Origin: Acidimicrobiia bacterium
GTDB lineage: Bacteria; Actinomycetota; Acidimicrobiia; IMCC26256; PALSA-555
Length of the DNA stretch: 64,000 nt
Reading direction: 5' to 3'
NCBI GenBank assembly: GCA_038904515.1
Contig: JBCKKA010000002.1
Location: forward strand, 1,215-65,214
Each line of letters opens with the position of its first letter. The first letter of the stretch is position 1. The notes beneath the pieces are model-generated. The model was given only the letters and a program-made list of their open reading frames with translations. It did no database searches and was not told the DNA's origin. A program made the translations under genes and the position numbers. Of the stretch, positions 8,277 to 17,768 are shown piece by piece.

Positions 8277-11060
8277 ATGACCATCGCACCGGAGCAAATC
8301 GGAATCGGAATTCGTCGCTACTTCACTCAGGCCGGGGAGCACCCTTACGACGCGATTGAATGGGAACACCGCGACGCGCGTATTCAAAATTACAAAGACG
8401 GCACCGACGCGTTCTTTCAGCCCGACTGCGAATTCCCGTTGGACTGGTCGCAAAACGCCACCAACATCGTGGCGCAAAAATATTTCCGCGGTACGCCCAA
8501 CACTTCCGAGCGCGAAACTTCGTTGCGCCAAGTGATCGATCGCGTGGCCGACACCATTACCGCGTGGGGAACGCGTGACGGTTACTTCGTTGACGATCAA
8601 GAAGGGGCAACTTTTCGCAACGAACTCAAAGCCATTCTCGTTACTCAACGCGCCGCGTTCAACTCTCCGGTGTGGTTCAACATCGGCGTGGCCGGCGTGC
8701 CGCAACAAGCGAGCGCGTGTTTCATTCTTGCGGTCGAAGACACTATGGACGGAATTCTTAACTGGTACCGCGAAGAAGGAACTATTTTTAAGGGTGGTTC
8801 GGGTTCGGGAATTAATCTTTCGGGAATTCGTTCTTCGGTAGAAAATCTTGCCGGCGGCGGAACTGCTTCGGGACCGGTAAGTTTTATGCGCGGCGCCGAC
8901 TCGTCGGCCGGAACTATTAAGAGCGGCGGTAAAACTCGCCGGGCCGCCAAGATGGTTGTGCTCAACATCGATCACCCCGACATCGAAGAATTCATTTGGT
9001 GCAAGGCGCGCGAAGAGCGCAAAGCGCGCGCGTTGCGCGACGCCGGTTTTGATATGGACCTCGACGGCTCCGACTCGTTTTCGGTGCAGTACCAAAATGC
9101 CAACAACTCAGTGCGACTCACCGATGATTTCATGGCCGCAGTCGAAGCCGATCGCGACTGGGATCTGCGAGCGGTAAAAACCGGTGAGCCAGTAAAGACT
9201 CTGCGAGCGCGCGACCTCATGTTACAGATTGCCAAGTCGGCGTGGGAATGCGCCGACCCGGGTCTGCAGTTCGACACTACGGTTAACCGTTGGCACACTG
9301 CGCCCAACACCGCGCGCATCAATGCCTCGAACCCGTGTTCCGAATACATGCACATCGACAACTCGGCTTGCAACTTGGCCAGCATCAACTTGCTCAAGTA
9401 CCTCGACGGCGACGACAACTTCGATGTAACCGGTTTTGAACACACCATCGAAGTGATGTTCACCGCCCAAGAAATTTTGGTTGGTAACGCCGACTACCCA
9501 ACACCGATGATCGGCGAGAACAGCCGCAAGTTTCGCCAACTCGGTTTGGGTTACGCCAACTTGGGCGCGTTGCTCATGGCGCAAGGTGTCGCGTACGACT
9601 CAGTCGCCGGACGGGCATGGGCGGGCGCGATCACCGCGCTTATGACCGGTCACGCGTACGCCACCAGCGCGCGCACCGCGGGTCGCATGGGTCCGTTCGC
9701 CGGTTTTGCCGAAAACGCGGAGCCGATGGTTGAGGTATTGCGCATGCACCGCGCCGAAGTGGCCAAGATCGACGAAGAGTTGGTGCCGCTCGAGATTCTC
9801 GGTGCCGCGCAGCGTTCGTGGGACGAAGCGGTCGAACTCGGTGAGATTCACGGAGTGCGTAACTCCCAAGCCACCGTGCTCGCGCCGACCGGAACTATCG
9901 GTCTCATGATGGACTGCGACACCACCGGTATCGAGCCCGACCTCGCGCTCACTAAGGCCAAGAAATTGGTCGGCGGCGGCACGATGTTCATTGTCAACCA
10001 AACCATCCCGCGCTCGTTGCGCAAACTGGGATACTCGCCCGCCGAAGTGGAAGGAATTATTTCCTACATCGACGAGCAAAAGACCATTGTGGGGGCGCCG
10101 GCATTTAAAGAAGACCACCTGCCGATTTTCGCCTGTTCAATGGGCGACAATGTCATTCACTACATGGGTCACGTTAATATGATGGCGGCCGCGCAGCCGT
10201 TCTTGTCGGGCGCGATTTCTAAGACGGTCAATATGCCCGAAGAAGCCACCATCGAAGATGTCGAGAGTCTCTACTTTGAGTCTTGGAAGTTGGGTCTCAA
10301 AGCGGTGGCGATCTACCGCGACAACTGCAAGGTGGGTCAGCCCCTCTCCACGCAGAAAAAAGCGGGTGCATCCGACGATGACAGTACCGACCCGCTTACT
10401 TCGCAAGTAGAGCGGATTATCGAGACCGTCATCGTGCAAGAGCCCGTGCGGCAGAAGTTGCCCCGAATTCGCCAGTCGAAGACTTTTTCCTTCCGAGTGG
10501 CCGACTGTCACGGCTACGCCACGGTGGGTGAATTCGAAGACGGCCGACCCGGCGAAGTGTTTCTCAAAGTGGCTAAGCAAGGATCCACTCTCTCAGGGAT
10601 TATGGACGCCTTTGCCATTGCCATGAGCTTGGGTCTGCAGTACGGGGTTCCGTTGCGGGCTTTCATCGAGAAGTTCACCAGCATGCGCTTCGAGCCCGCC
10701 GGTATTACCGACGATCCCGAGATCCGTTTTGCTACCAGCTTGGTCGACTACATCTTCCGGCGTTTGGCGGTCGAATACATCTCGCCCGAAGATCGGGCCG
10801 ATATGGGCATATTTACCGTCAACGAACGGATGCAACCGACCCTTCCGGGAGTCGAAGAAGCCGCCACGCCTACTCGAACCAGCACCAACCCGTTGCCCCT
10901 TGAGGATCAGGCTCCGTCGGCCGCCCTGAACGCGCCAACGATTAAACCCAAGGCGCGTCAGTCGGAAATGGTGATCTGTTCAGTCTGTGGCGACATTATG
11001 CAGCGGGCCGGTTCGTGCCACGCCTGCCCGTCGTGCGGTGCTACTAGCGGCTGCTCCTGA
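8277..11060 (+). CDS. nrdJ: adenosylcobalamin-dependent (class II) ribonucleotide reductase
   Basis: 927 aa. Contains ATP-cone-less N-terminus, RNR barrel motifs including the active-site SNPCSEY, and a C-terminal Cys-rich tail CSVCGDIMQRAGSCHACPSCG. Lies directly downstream of nrdR and the NrdR boxes. Confidence 0.9.
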   Translation: MTIAPEQIGIGIRRYFTQAGEHPYDAIEWEHRDARIQNYKDGTDAFFQPDCEFPLDWSQNATNIVAQKYFRGTPNTSERETSLRQVIDRVADTITAWGTRDGYFVDDQEGATFRNELKAILVTQRAAFNSPVWFNIGVAGVPQQASACFILAVEDTMDGILNWYREEGTIFKGGSGSGINLSGIRSSVENLAGGGTASGPVSFMRGADSSAGTIKSGGKTRRAAKMVVLNIDHPDIEEFIWCKAREERKARALRDAGFDMDLDGSDSFSVQYQNANNSVRLTDDFMAAVEADRDWDLRAVKTGEPVKTLRARDLMLQIAKSAWECADPGLQFDTTVNRWHTAPNTARINASNPCSEYMHIDNSACNLASINLLKYLDGDDNFDVTGFEHTIEVMFTAQEILVGNADYPTPMIGENSRKFRQLGLGYANLGALLMAQGVAYDSVAGRAWAGAITALMTGHAYATSARTAGRMGPFAGFAENAEPMVEVLRMHRAEVAKIDEELVPLEILGAAQRSWDEAVELGEIHGVRNSQATVLAPTGTIGLMMDCDTTGIEPDLALTKAKKLVGGGTMFIVNQTIPRSLRKLGYSPAEVEGIISYIDEQKTIVGAPAFKEDHLPIFACSMGDNVIHYMGHVNMMAAAQPFLSGAISKTVNMPEEATIEDVESLYFESWKLGLKAVAIYRDNCKVGQPLSTQKKAGASDDDSTDPLTSQVERIIETVIVQEPVRQKLPRIRQSKTFSFRVADCHGYATVGEFEDGRPGEVFLKVAKQGSTLSGIMDAFAIAMSLGLQYGVPLRAFIEKFTSMRFEPAGITDDPEIRFATSLVDYIFRRLAVEYISPEDRADMGIFTVNERMQPTLPGVEEAATPTRTSTNPLPLEDQAPSAALNAPTIKPKARQSEMVICSVCGDIMQRAGSCHACPSCGATSGCS

Positions 11061-11086
11061 TGTCGAATTGCGTCCTCGCTCCTGGT

Positions 11087-11103
11087 GACGAGATCGTCTC
11101 GTC
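11087..11103 (+). terminator. weak hairpin after nrdJ
   Basis: GACGAGA tcg TCTCGTC, a 7-bp stem, 27 nt after the nrdJ stop. No U-tract. Confidence 0.3.
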
Positions 11104-11133
11104 GCCCGCCGCGTAGCAGTCGGTCGCCATCTC

Positions 11134-12177
11134 TTGGAAGCAGCAGCGCAGCAGCACCGGCAGCGGCTATGGCCGCGGTTCGCGATCCGCTCCGCGAACG
11201 TCGGCCATAACCTCGACGTCTTCTTGGTCGTCGCGATCTGCTCGGTGATTGGGAACCGCACGTTCCTGATGATCACCGGCTATCCGCAGCTCGGGAACGG
11301 GACGCTCCACATCTCGCACGCGATCTGGGGCGCCGCGATGATGGGGATTGCCATCGTGTGGTCGATCTCCTACCTCGGCCCGTCGACGCGCGCCTTCGTC
11401 GCGGTGCTGGGGGGCGCAGGCTTCGGATGGTTCGTCGACGAGCTGGGCAAGTTCGTCACGCGCGACGTCAACTACTTCTGGCAACCGACGATCGCGCTCA
11501 TCTACATGATCTTCATCGCCATGTACCTGACGTTCCGCTCGCTCGAGCGCCGGACGTTCGGTCCGAGCGAGGGGATGCTGAACGCCCTCGAAGCGCTGAA
11601 GTCGGCCGCCCTCGGCCAGCTGAGCGAGCCCAGCCGGCAGGATGCGTTGGACCTGTTCGACCGCACCGAACCGACGAGCCCGCTCGCCGCGAAGGTGCGA
11701 GCGCTCCTCGACGACGCCGACGTGCTCCCGCCGGTCGAGCTGGGCCGCTTCCACCGATCCGGTGAATTGCTGCGTGCCCACTACGTCGGATGGACCGCGC
11801 GCCCGTGGTTCACCGTCGTGCTCGACTCGATCTTCGCCCTCTACGCCGCCGTCGCGTTAACGACCGTGCTGGCCCTCGCGATCGACAGGTCGGGGATCAC
11901 CTCGTTCCCCGAGCGGGTCACCGTCATCGCGTCGTCGGTGTCGGGCATCCTGATCCTGATCGGCGTGACCCAGCTCCGCCGTTCACGCATCCGTGCGTAC
12001 CAGTGGTTCGGGCGCGGGTTGCTCGTCAACATCTTCGTCACCCAGATCTTCGTGTTCGCCGAGGAGCAGCTCGGCGCGATCTTCGGTCTCGCCGTCACGC
12101 TCTCGGTGTGGGTGATGCTGCAATCCGCGGCCCGCGTCGAGGAAGCCCGCTCGCGTGAAGCAGCACGCGCCGCGTAG
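11134..12177 (+). CDS. multi-pass integral membrane protein, family not recognised (GC-rich insert)
   Basis: 347-codon ORF with very strong G/C third-position bias (38 of 40 codons hand-counted). Several hydrophobic helices flank a charged central segment. The start (TTG 11134) is uncertain. Confidence 0.6.
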   Translation: MEAAAQQHRQRLWPRFAIRSANVGHNLDVFLVVAICSVIGNRTFLMITGYPQLGNGTLHISHAIWGAAMMGIAIVWSISYLGPSTRAFVAVLGGAGFGWFVDELGKFVTRDVNYFWQPTIALIYMIFIAMYLTFRSLERRTFGPSEGMLNALEALKSAALGQLSEPSRQDALDLFDRTEPTSPLAAKVRALLDDADVLPPVELGRFHRSGELLRAHYVGWTARPWFTVVLDSIFALYAAVALTTVLALAIDRSGITSFPERVTVIASSVSGILILIGVTQLRRSRIRAYQWFGRGLLVNIFVTQIFVFAEEQLGAIFGLAVTLSVWVMLQSAARVEEARSREAARAA

Positions 12178-12294
12178 ACGCGTCAGAGGGCTGCTACCCC
12201 GTCCACCCGGCGTTCGAGAGCCCGCGATAAAGACGTCCTGATCCTCGCGGCCGAGTCCGCGGGGCCCGCGCTCACCATCTCTTAGAATCCGCGC

Positions 12295-12816
12295 GTGCCC
12301 TTACGCTTATCCGAAACCCAGTACACGGTCGTGCGGGCGGCGCTTGATCGCACGGTTCCTGGCGACGACCTGACTCCGGGCGCCGGTGTGGCCGGTGGTG
12401 CCGATTATGTCGACGGATTGCTGGCCGCGTTCAATTTCGACCCTCCGCGCGTTTGGGCGGGGGGACCAACTTCGGGTCGCCACGGCGCCGCCGCCACTTT
12501 CGATCAATGGCTCGAACTCGGCCCGTGGGAAGAACGAGCGTGGCGAGCGCGCATCGAAGAGTGGTGGATAATTTACGAAACCGGTCTCGCCACGCTGGGC
12601 GAAGATTTCTTAGAACTCAGTGAGGCCGAGCAATCCGCGCGCCTTTCCACTACCAGTAAAGAATTTCGGGAGCTGCTATTTACTCACGCGTGCGAAAGTT
12701 TGTACGGCGATCCGGTTTACGGCGGCAATCGCGACGGGCAGGCGTGGCAAGCAATTGATTTTCGCGGCGATGTGCAACCTCGGGGGTACACCGACGAAGA
12801 GGTGCGCGCACCGTGA
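12295..12816 (+). CDS. gluconate 2-dehydrogenase subunit-3-like small subunit of a GMC oxidoreductase
   Basis: 173 aa. C-terminal YGDPVYGGNRDGQAWQAIDF motif typical of this small-subunit family. GTGA overlap with the downstream GMC flavoprotein gene. Confidence 0.6.
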   Translation: MPLRLSETQYTVVRAALDRTVPGDDLTPGAGVAGGADYVDGLLAAFNFDPPRVWAGGPTSGRHGAAATFDQWLELGPWEERAWRARIEEWWIIYETGLATLGEDFLELSEAEQSARLSTTSKEFRELLFTHACESLYGDPVYGGNRDGQAWQAIDFRGDVQPRGYTDEEVRAP

Positions 12817-14555
12817 GCACACCAGTAAACGGAACCGATTGCGATGCAGTAATTATCGGCTCCGGTCCGGGTGGTTCTACCGCGGCCCACGTTTTGACCG
12901 CGGCGGGCTGGAATGTCATCGTGCTCGAAAAGGGGCGCAACCATTTACTGCAACTCACGGCTCCTTTCGCGCCGATGGGGCATTTTTCGAACGACGAAAT
13001 TAAATTTTCCCAGCGCCATTTTCTCGGTCCCGATCCCGCACTAGAGCCCCGCACATTTAGGCGGGATGAGGCCGATGGCGATCGGTTTTTAACTGGTCAT
13101 GTAAATAGTTTGCCGTCCACCGTGGGTGGAGGTGGAGTGCACGCCGACGGAAAGTTGCCGCGTTTTCGCGAAGTCGACTTTGCTCTGCGTAGTGAACTCG
13201 GCGGTGTTGATGACGCGGATGTGGTCGACTGGCCAATCAGTTACGCCGATCTCGAACCGTATTACGCCGAGGCCGAACAACTTGTGGGCGTTTCGGGGGA
13301 AGAAACCAATCCGTTTGCGGCTTGGCGGTCGGGTCCTTACCCCATGCCCCCGGGTGCCGACATGTTTGGCGCGTTGCTTTCGAGTGCGGCGGCCGAACGG
13401 CGGGGGCTTCATCCCTATCGTGCTCCTACCGGAGTGAATTCGGTGCCCTACGACAATCGCCCCGCGTGTAATAACTGCGGGTTTTGTGCATTTTATGGTT
13501 GTCCCATAGAAGCCAAGGGCGACCCCGTTGCGTTGCTGCGCCGTGCGTTAAATACTGGTCGAGCCCAAATTATCTCCGAGGCTTACGCGAGCGAAATAAC
13601 TACTGACGCCCGCGGTACGCGCGCGACCGGAGTTCGCTATCTCGATCTCAGTGCACCGATTACCGATTCGGGCGCGCCGCCGGTGCACGAAATTAGAGCG
13701 CACCATGTGGTGTTGGCGGGGGGAGCGTTCGAAACTCCGCGGTTGTTATTAATTAACGAACTGGGCAACTCATCGGGGTTAGTGGGCCAAAACTTAATGT
13801 TTCATTTCCAAACTTTGGCTGTGGGTGGATTCCCCGAACGGTTGTGGGGTGCCAGTCGCGGTCGTTCGGTAACTCACTTGCACGACGATCACATTGTGGG
13901 TGACGACGCGCAGACCGCGGCCGCTCGAGCCGCGGATTTACCGTGGCTTCGCGGTGGAATTGTTGAACACGGTGGCGCGGCCGGCCCGATCTTGGAAGCG
14001 CTTAGTTACGGCGTAAACCCTCACCACGCGGCTTCGATGCGGTCGTCGGCGTTAAGGGAACGGTTATGGGTATTTACGATGTAAGGTGAAGACCTCGCTC
14101 AACCCACTAATCGGATTGATCTCGACCCGTCGGTGCGCGACGCGTGGGGATTTCCCGCCGGGCGCGTTACTTATCGTCCGCACCGTCATGAAACCGCTAC
14201 TTCCGATCATGTCGGGCCAATACTAGAAGAGATTTTGCGCGACGCGGGCGCCGAGTGGACAATAGTTTCAACTTCGCCACCGGTAAATGACAACGATCGT
14301 CATCCCGCCATGGGCCACGCACCCGTGAGTTACCACATCATGGGCACTACTCGCATGGGGAGTTCGCCCGAGTCGTCGGTGGTCGATCCTTCGGGGCGAT
14401 TATGGGACCTCGAAAATGTCATCGTGGCCGACAGCTCAGTCTTTCCGACTTCCACCGGTTACGGCCCCACGCTTTCGTTGGTGGCGCTGGCCGCGCGCGC
14501 CGCTCGGTTAGCGGCCGGAGTTCCGCTAGCACCCACTACTCCCGCGGAAAAATAG
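12813..14555 (+). pseudogene. GMC-family FAD oxidoreductase interrupted by a single in-frame TAA (14082-14084)
   Basis: N-terminal part 12813-14081 has the FAD fold DAVIIGSGPGGSTAA. The same frame continues after the TAA as GEDLAQPTNRIDLDPSVRDAWGFP..., through to the GMC C-terminal motif HIMGTTRMG...VADSSVFPTSTGYGPTL. The track splits it into 12813..14084 and 14133..14555. Confidence 0.8.
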
Positions 14556-14658
14556 GCCCGCAGGCCAAGGGCAGTTGTCATTTGGCGGAGAAGGGGCAAA
14601 AAGTGGCACGATAACGACTTCGTTTGAAACTATCCGTCCCGATTAGGAGATTTCCATC

Positions 14659-15522
14659 ATGCCCATAAACCCCGAAGCCGTAGGAGCAACCAGCGAACCC
14701 GCCGAGGCGAGTTGGTCGTCGAAGGATTCTTTGCTTTACGCGCTCGGTGTGGGTGCGGGCGTTACCGACCCGACCGGGTTTGAATTGCAGTTCACTACCG
14801 AGAACAGTCAAGACATCACTCAGCAAGCCTTGCCCACCATGCCGGTAACCATTAACGCGAGCGGCGGCAAAGGCCCCAACTTGATGGAGATCATCGGCAC
14901 ATTTAATTGGGCGATGTTGGTTCACGGTGAGCAGTCGATAACTATGCACAAGCCGTTGCCGGTTTCGGGCAAGGCGACAATGGTGGGCAAAGTGGCGGCA
15001 ATTTATGACAAAGGTAAAGCGGCCATCGTCGTTTTAGAAAACGAAGCAACCGATTTAGCCGACGGCAAGCCGTTGTTCACCACCAGCATGTCGGCGTTTA
15101 TTCGCGGTGAAGGTGGATGGGGTGGCGATCGCGGCCCGAGCGGTCCGCGCAATGTAGCTCCTGAACGCGAACCCGACCACGCAATTTCGTACGAAACTCG
15201 GGCCGACCAAGCGTTATTGTACCGACTTAACGGCGACCGTAACCCGTTGCACTCCGACCCGAAGTTTGCCGAGTTGGCCGGTTTTCCGAAACCAATTCTT
15301 CACGGACTGTGCACTTACGGTTTCACCGGGCGGGCGTTGTTGCACGCAGTGTGCGAGAGCGATCCCACTCGCTTTGGGCAGATGGAAGGACGTTTCACTA
15401 ACCCAGTAATGCCCGGCGATCGTCTTGATGTGCGTATCTGGATGGAGGGCGACGAAGCCATCTACCAAACTTGGGTGGGCGATAACTTGGTGCTCGATTC
15501 GGGCCGCCTCGTTTACTCGTAA
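14659..15522 (+). CDS. MaoC-type double hot-dog (R)-specific enoyl-CoA hydratase / 3-hydroxyacyl-thioester dehydratase
   Basis: 287 aa with two hot-dog halves. The C-terminal half has the hydratase-2 motif YRLNGDRNPLHSDP...GFPKPILHG. Confidence 0.75.
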   Translation: MPINPEAVGATSEPAEASWSSKDSLLYALGVGAGVTDPTGFELQFTTENSQDITQQALPTMPVTINASGGKGPNLMEIIGTFNWAMLVHGEQSITMHKPLPVSGKATMVGKVAAIYDKGKAAIVVLENEATDLADGKPLFTTSMSAFIRGEGGWGGDRGPSGPRNVAPEREPDHAISYETRADQALLYRLNGDRNPLHSDPKFAELAGFPKPILHGLCTYGFTGRALLHAVCESDPTRFGQMEGRFTNPVMPGDRLDVRIWMEGDEAIYQTWVGDNLVLDSGRLVYS

Positions 15523-15556
15523 TTCTCATCCGACCCGCAAACGAAGTCGCTGATTA

Positions 15557-16012
15557 CTAGTTGAGAGTCTTAACCCGTGCTCGGCGCGCGGCGATTAAAC
15601 CACCGAGCATTCCGACTGCGGTTGAGATCACTAACGCGCCAAATAGTTGACCGGGGCGCAAAGCCGCCTCGTTGCCGCTGACTAGCGACCGGCTATCTTC
15701 GCGTAATGCCCACACAACAATGCGAATAGGGATCCAGAGTACGACTGTGCCTAAACCGGCGAGTCCACCGACGGTTAGCGGCGAACCGGGATAAGCGCGT
15801 CCGGCAATCAATCCGGCGACGAAGTAGCCGACGAGAACCAAAATAAATAGTGGGTACACCCAGCCCGATTTATTGAAGTGATCAATTTGGTTATTCAGCA
15901 CCGCCCGTATTACTGCCGCCACTATCACTATCGCGAGTCCGGCCAATGCTCCGCGCCCAACCGCAGGCCACGAAACTGAAGATGAATTATTCGACTCGGT
16001 GGTTTCGGTCAT
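15557..16012 (-). CDS. small integral membrane protein (about 4 TM helices), unknown family
   Basis: 151-aa ORF, hydrophobic throughout. Its start lies 3 nt after the stop of the upstream antiporter gene on the same strand. Confidence 0.5.
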   Translation of the reverse strand: MTETTESNNSSSVSWPAVGRGALAGLAIVIVAAVIRAVLNNQIDHFNKSGWVYPLFILVLVGYFVAGLIAGRAYPGSPLTVGGLAGLGTVVLWIPIRIVVWALREDSRSLVSGNEAALRPGQLFGALVISTAVGMLGGLIAARRARVKTLN

Positions 16013-16015
16013 GAG

Positions 16016-17314
16016 TTATTCGCCTTTGATCATTTCGCGGGCCGGCGTTCGCAGTCCGTCTCGCACTACTGAACGAACGGATTGTCGCCCGTGAATAATA
16101 ACGATAATTGCTAGCACGAGGTACATGATGCCGACCCCTAATCGTACCCGGCTGGCGAGATCGGAAGGCAAGATCACACCCAAAAGAAACTGGGATACGA
16201 AAAGTCCTAAGAGCCAAACTGCTTCGCGTACGCTCAATTTACGACTGACCAGCACCGCCACCGCAAAAGCCGACTGGGCCGCGGTCAAAAAGAGCTCTTC
16301 GCGCTGGCGCACATCGATCGGCAAGCCCGACACCGCGCCCCCTGCCACTATGAACACCAACGGCAAGAAACCCACGAGTAAAGTCCACTGATTGACTTTT
16401 GATGAAAGCAATACCCCTAGTCCGGCCGATGATTTGAGATGGTAGGCAAATAATCCCGCCACTAACAATTCGGGCGATTCGGTCGCGAGTGGCGCCACCC
16501 ACTGCACGAGAAGAAATGTACTAATCCCCGCAGATTTTCCGGTGGCAATAAGTGATTCGGCGAAAGGTCCGGCGCAGAGATAAATAATAAATCCGGAGTA
16601 GGCGAGCAGCGCGCCAACCGCGACCCGCCGACCGGTCTTAGTTAGGGCGCCGAGCAGTTGAGCGGGGCCTTCTAACTCGGGTTCGCCCGCGGGTGCATTC
16701 CAGATACGCGAGACGTAAAAGCCGTAAAGCCCAATCAAAATCACCGCGTCGTAGATAGTCACATGGTCTTTTAGGGGAAGGCTGAGTGAATACAGCGTGG
16801 CCAGAGCCAGAATCACGATTTCAATCGCTTGCGGTCGAGCGAGGGCGACTTCGGTATCGACCGCGCCGACGTAGTTATTCCGCCGAGCAATTTTTTTCAA
16901 TCGCCACGCACCGATGAAAACCACGAGCGGCCAACCAATACCAATGAGAAGTCGGTTGCTTCCGGTCATGTTGGCCAACGCGAGCGGGGCGTAATCGAGA
17001 TTGCCACCAGCCTTGTAAGCAAAAGTAAAATCGACCGCATATTCGGGTAGCACAGCAATTAAGGCCAGCACGCCAATGGCAAGACCACGCGAAACGTCGA
17101 GCTCAAGGGCCTCGGCGGCCCAGGTGAGCAAAAATGCCGATCCGACTATGCCTACGCCAAAGACGCCTGCGGCCAAAATATTTTCGGGGTGTATTTCGCC
17201 GAGCCGCACAACTAGCGCGGGCCCAGTGAGAGCCGCAGCCGCGAGAATCGCGATTATTTTTCGTGAGCGATATTCGACCGGCATCAGTTTGAGGCTAGCG
17301 GTCGGTCGGTTCAA
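16016..17314 (-). CDS. Ca2+/cation antiporter (CaCA / sodium-calcium exchanger) family membrane protein
   Basis: 432 aa and polytopic. Two alpha-repeat-like motifs, AVLPEYAVD and LATESPELLVAG. Confidence 0.55.
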   Translation of the reverse strand: MNRPTASLKLMPVEYRSRKIIAILAAAALTGPALVVRLGEIHPENILAAGVFGVGIVGSAFLLTWAAEALELDVSRGLAIGVLALIAVLPEYAVDFTFAYKAGGNLDYAPLALANMTGSNRLLIGIGWPLVVFIGAWRLKKIARRNNYVGAVDTEVALARPQAIEIVILALATLYSLSLPLKDHVTIYDAVILIGLYGFYVSRIWNAPAGEPELEGPAQLLGALTKTGRRVAVGALLAYSGFIIYLCAGPFAESLIATGKSAGISTFLLVQWVAPLATESPELLVAGLFAYHLKSSAGLGVLLSSKVNQWTLLVGFLPLVFIVAGGAVSGLPIDVRQREELFLTAAQSAFAVAVLVSRKLSVREAVWLLGLFVSQFLLGVILPSDLASRVRLGVGIMYLVLAIIVIIHGRQSVRSVVRDGLRTPAREMIKGE

Positions 17315-17418
17315 AGTGACTTTTTTGTTCTAAACGAACATTTAGAGAAATAACGATTACAAAAATGGGAATACTCCGTCTATTTCTCCGGTTATCTAGT
17401 AGTTCGGTACTTATTGCC

Positions 17419-17479
17419 GACGCCAAGAGCAGGCCAAGAAGACGTCAAGAGCAGGCCAAGAAGACGCCAAGAGCAGGCG
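17419..17479. repeat. 22-bp tandem array, 2.8 copies (GACGYCAAGAGCAGGCCAAGAA)
   Basis: Copies at 17419-17440 and 17441-17462 (one C/T difference), plus a partial copy at 17463-17479. It ends 17 nt before the whiB ATG, just before the SD GAAAGGA. Confidence 0.95.
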
Positions 17480-17495
17480 TTAGTGAAAGGAACTT

Positions 17496-17735
17496 ATGGT
17501 TATTGATCGCGAACATTCACAGTGGTGGGACCTTGCTAAGTGCCGAGGGGTCGATCCCGATATCTTTTATCCCGTGTCTGAGCAAGAAGCGACTGCGGCC
17601 CTCGCAATCTGTGCCGAATGTCCGGTACGGGCGGTGTGCCTCGAACACGCTTTGGCCCTTGAAGAGCGCGACGGAGTCTGGGGCGGCACCACTCCTCGCC
17701 AGCGTCGAGAATTGCGACGAGCACAAACCGCCTAA
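17496..17735 (+). CDS. WhiB-family Fe-S transcriptional regulator
   Basis: Four Cys (KC..., ICAECPVRAVC) and the C-terminal GVWGGTTPRQRRELRR turn with basic tail. SD GAAAGGA lies upstream. Confidence 0.9.
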   Translation: MVIDREHSQWWDLAKCRGVDPDIFYPVSEQEATAALAICAECPVRAVCLEHALALEERDGVWGGTTPRQRRELRRAQTA

Positions 17736-17768
17736 AGCGATTGTTGCTATCTCCGGTAACCTTGGCGG

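Noticed and set aside
17326-17340. TGTTCTAAACGAACA followed by TTT, which shares CGAACATTT with the lexA-region boxes.
   Set aside because: The half-sites are in the wrong orientation (GTTC...GAAC). The forward reading GAACATTTAGAG lacks the GTTC half, so it is not a LexA box.
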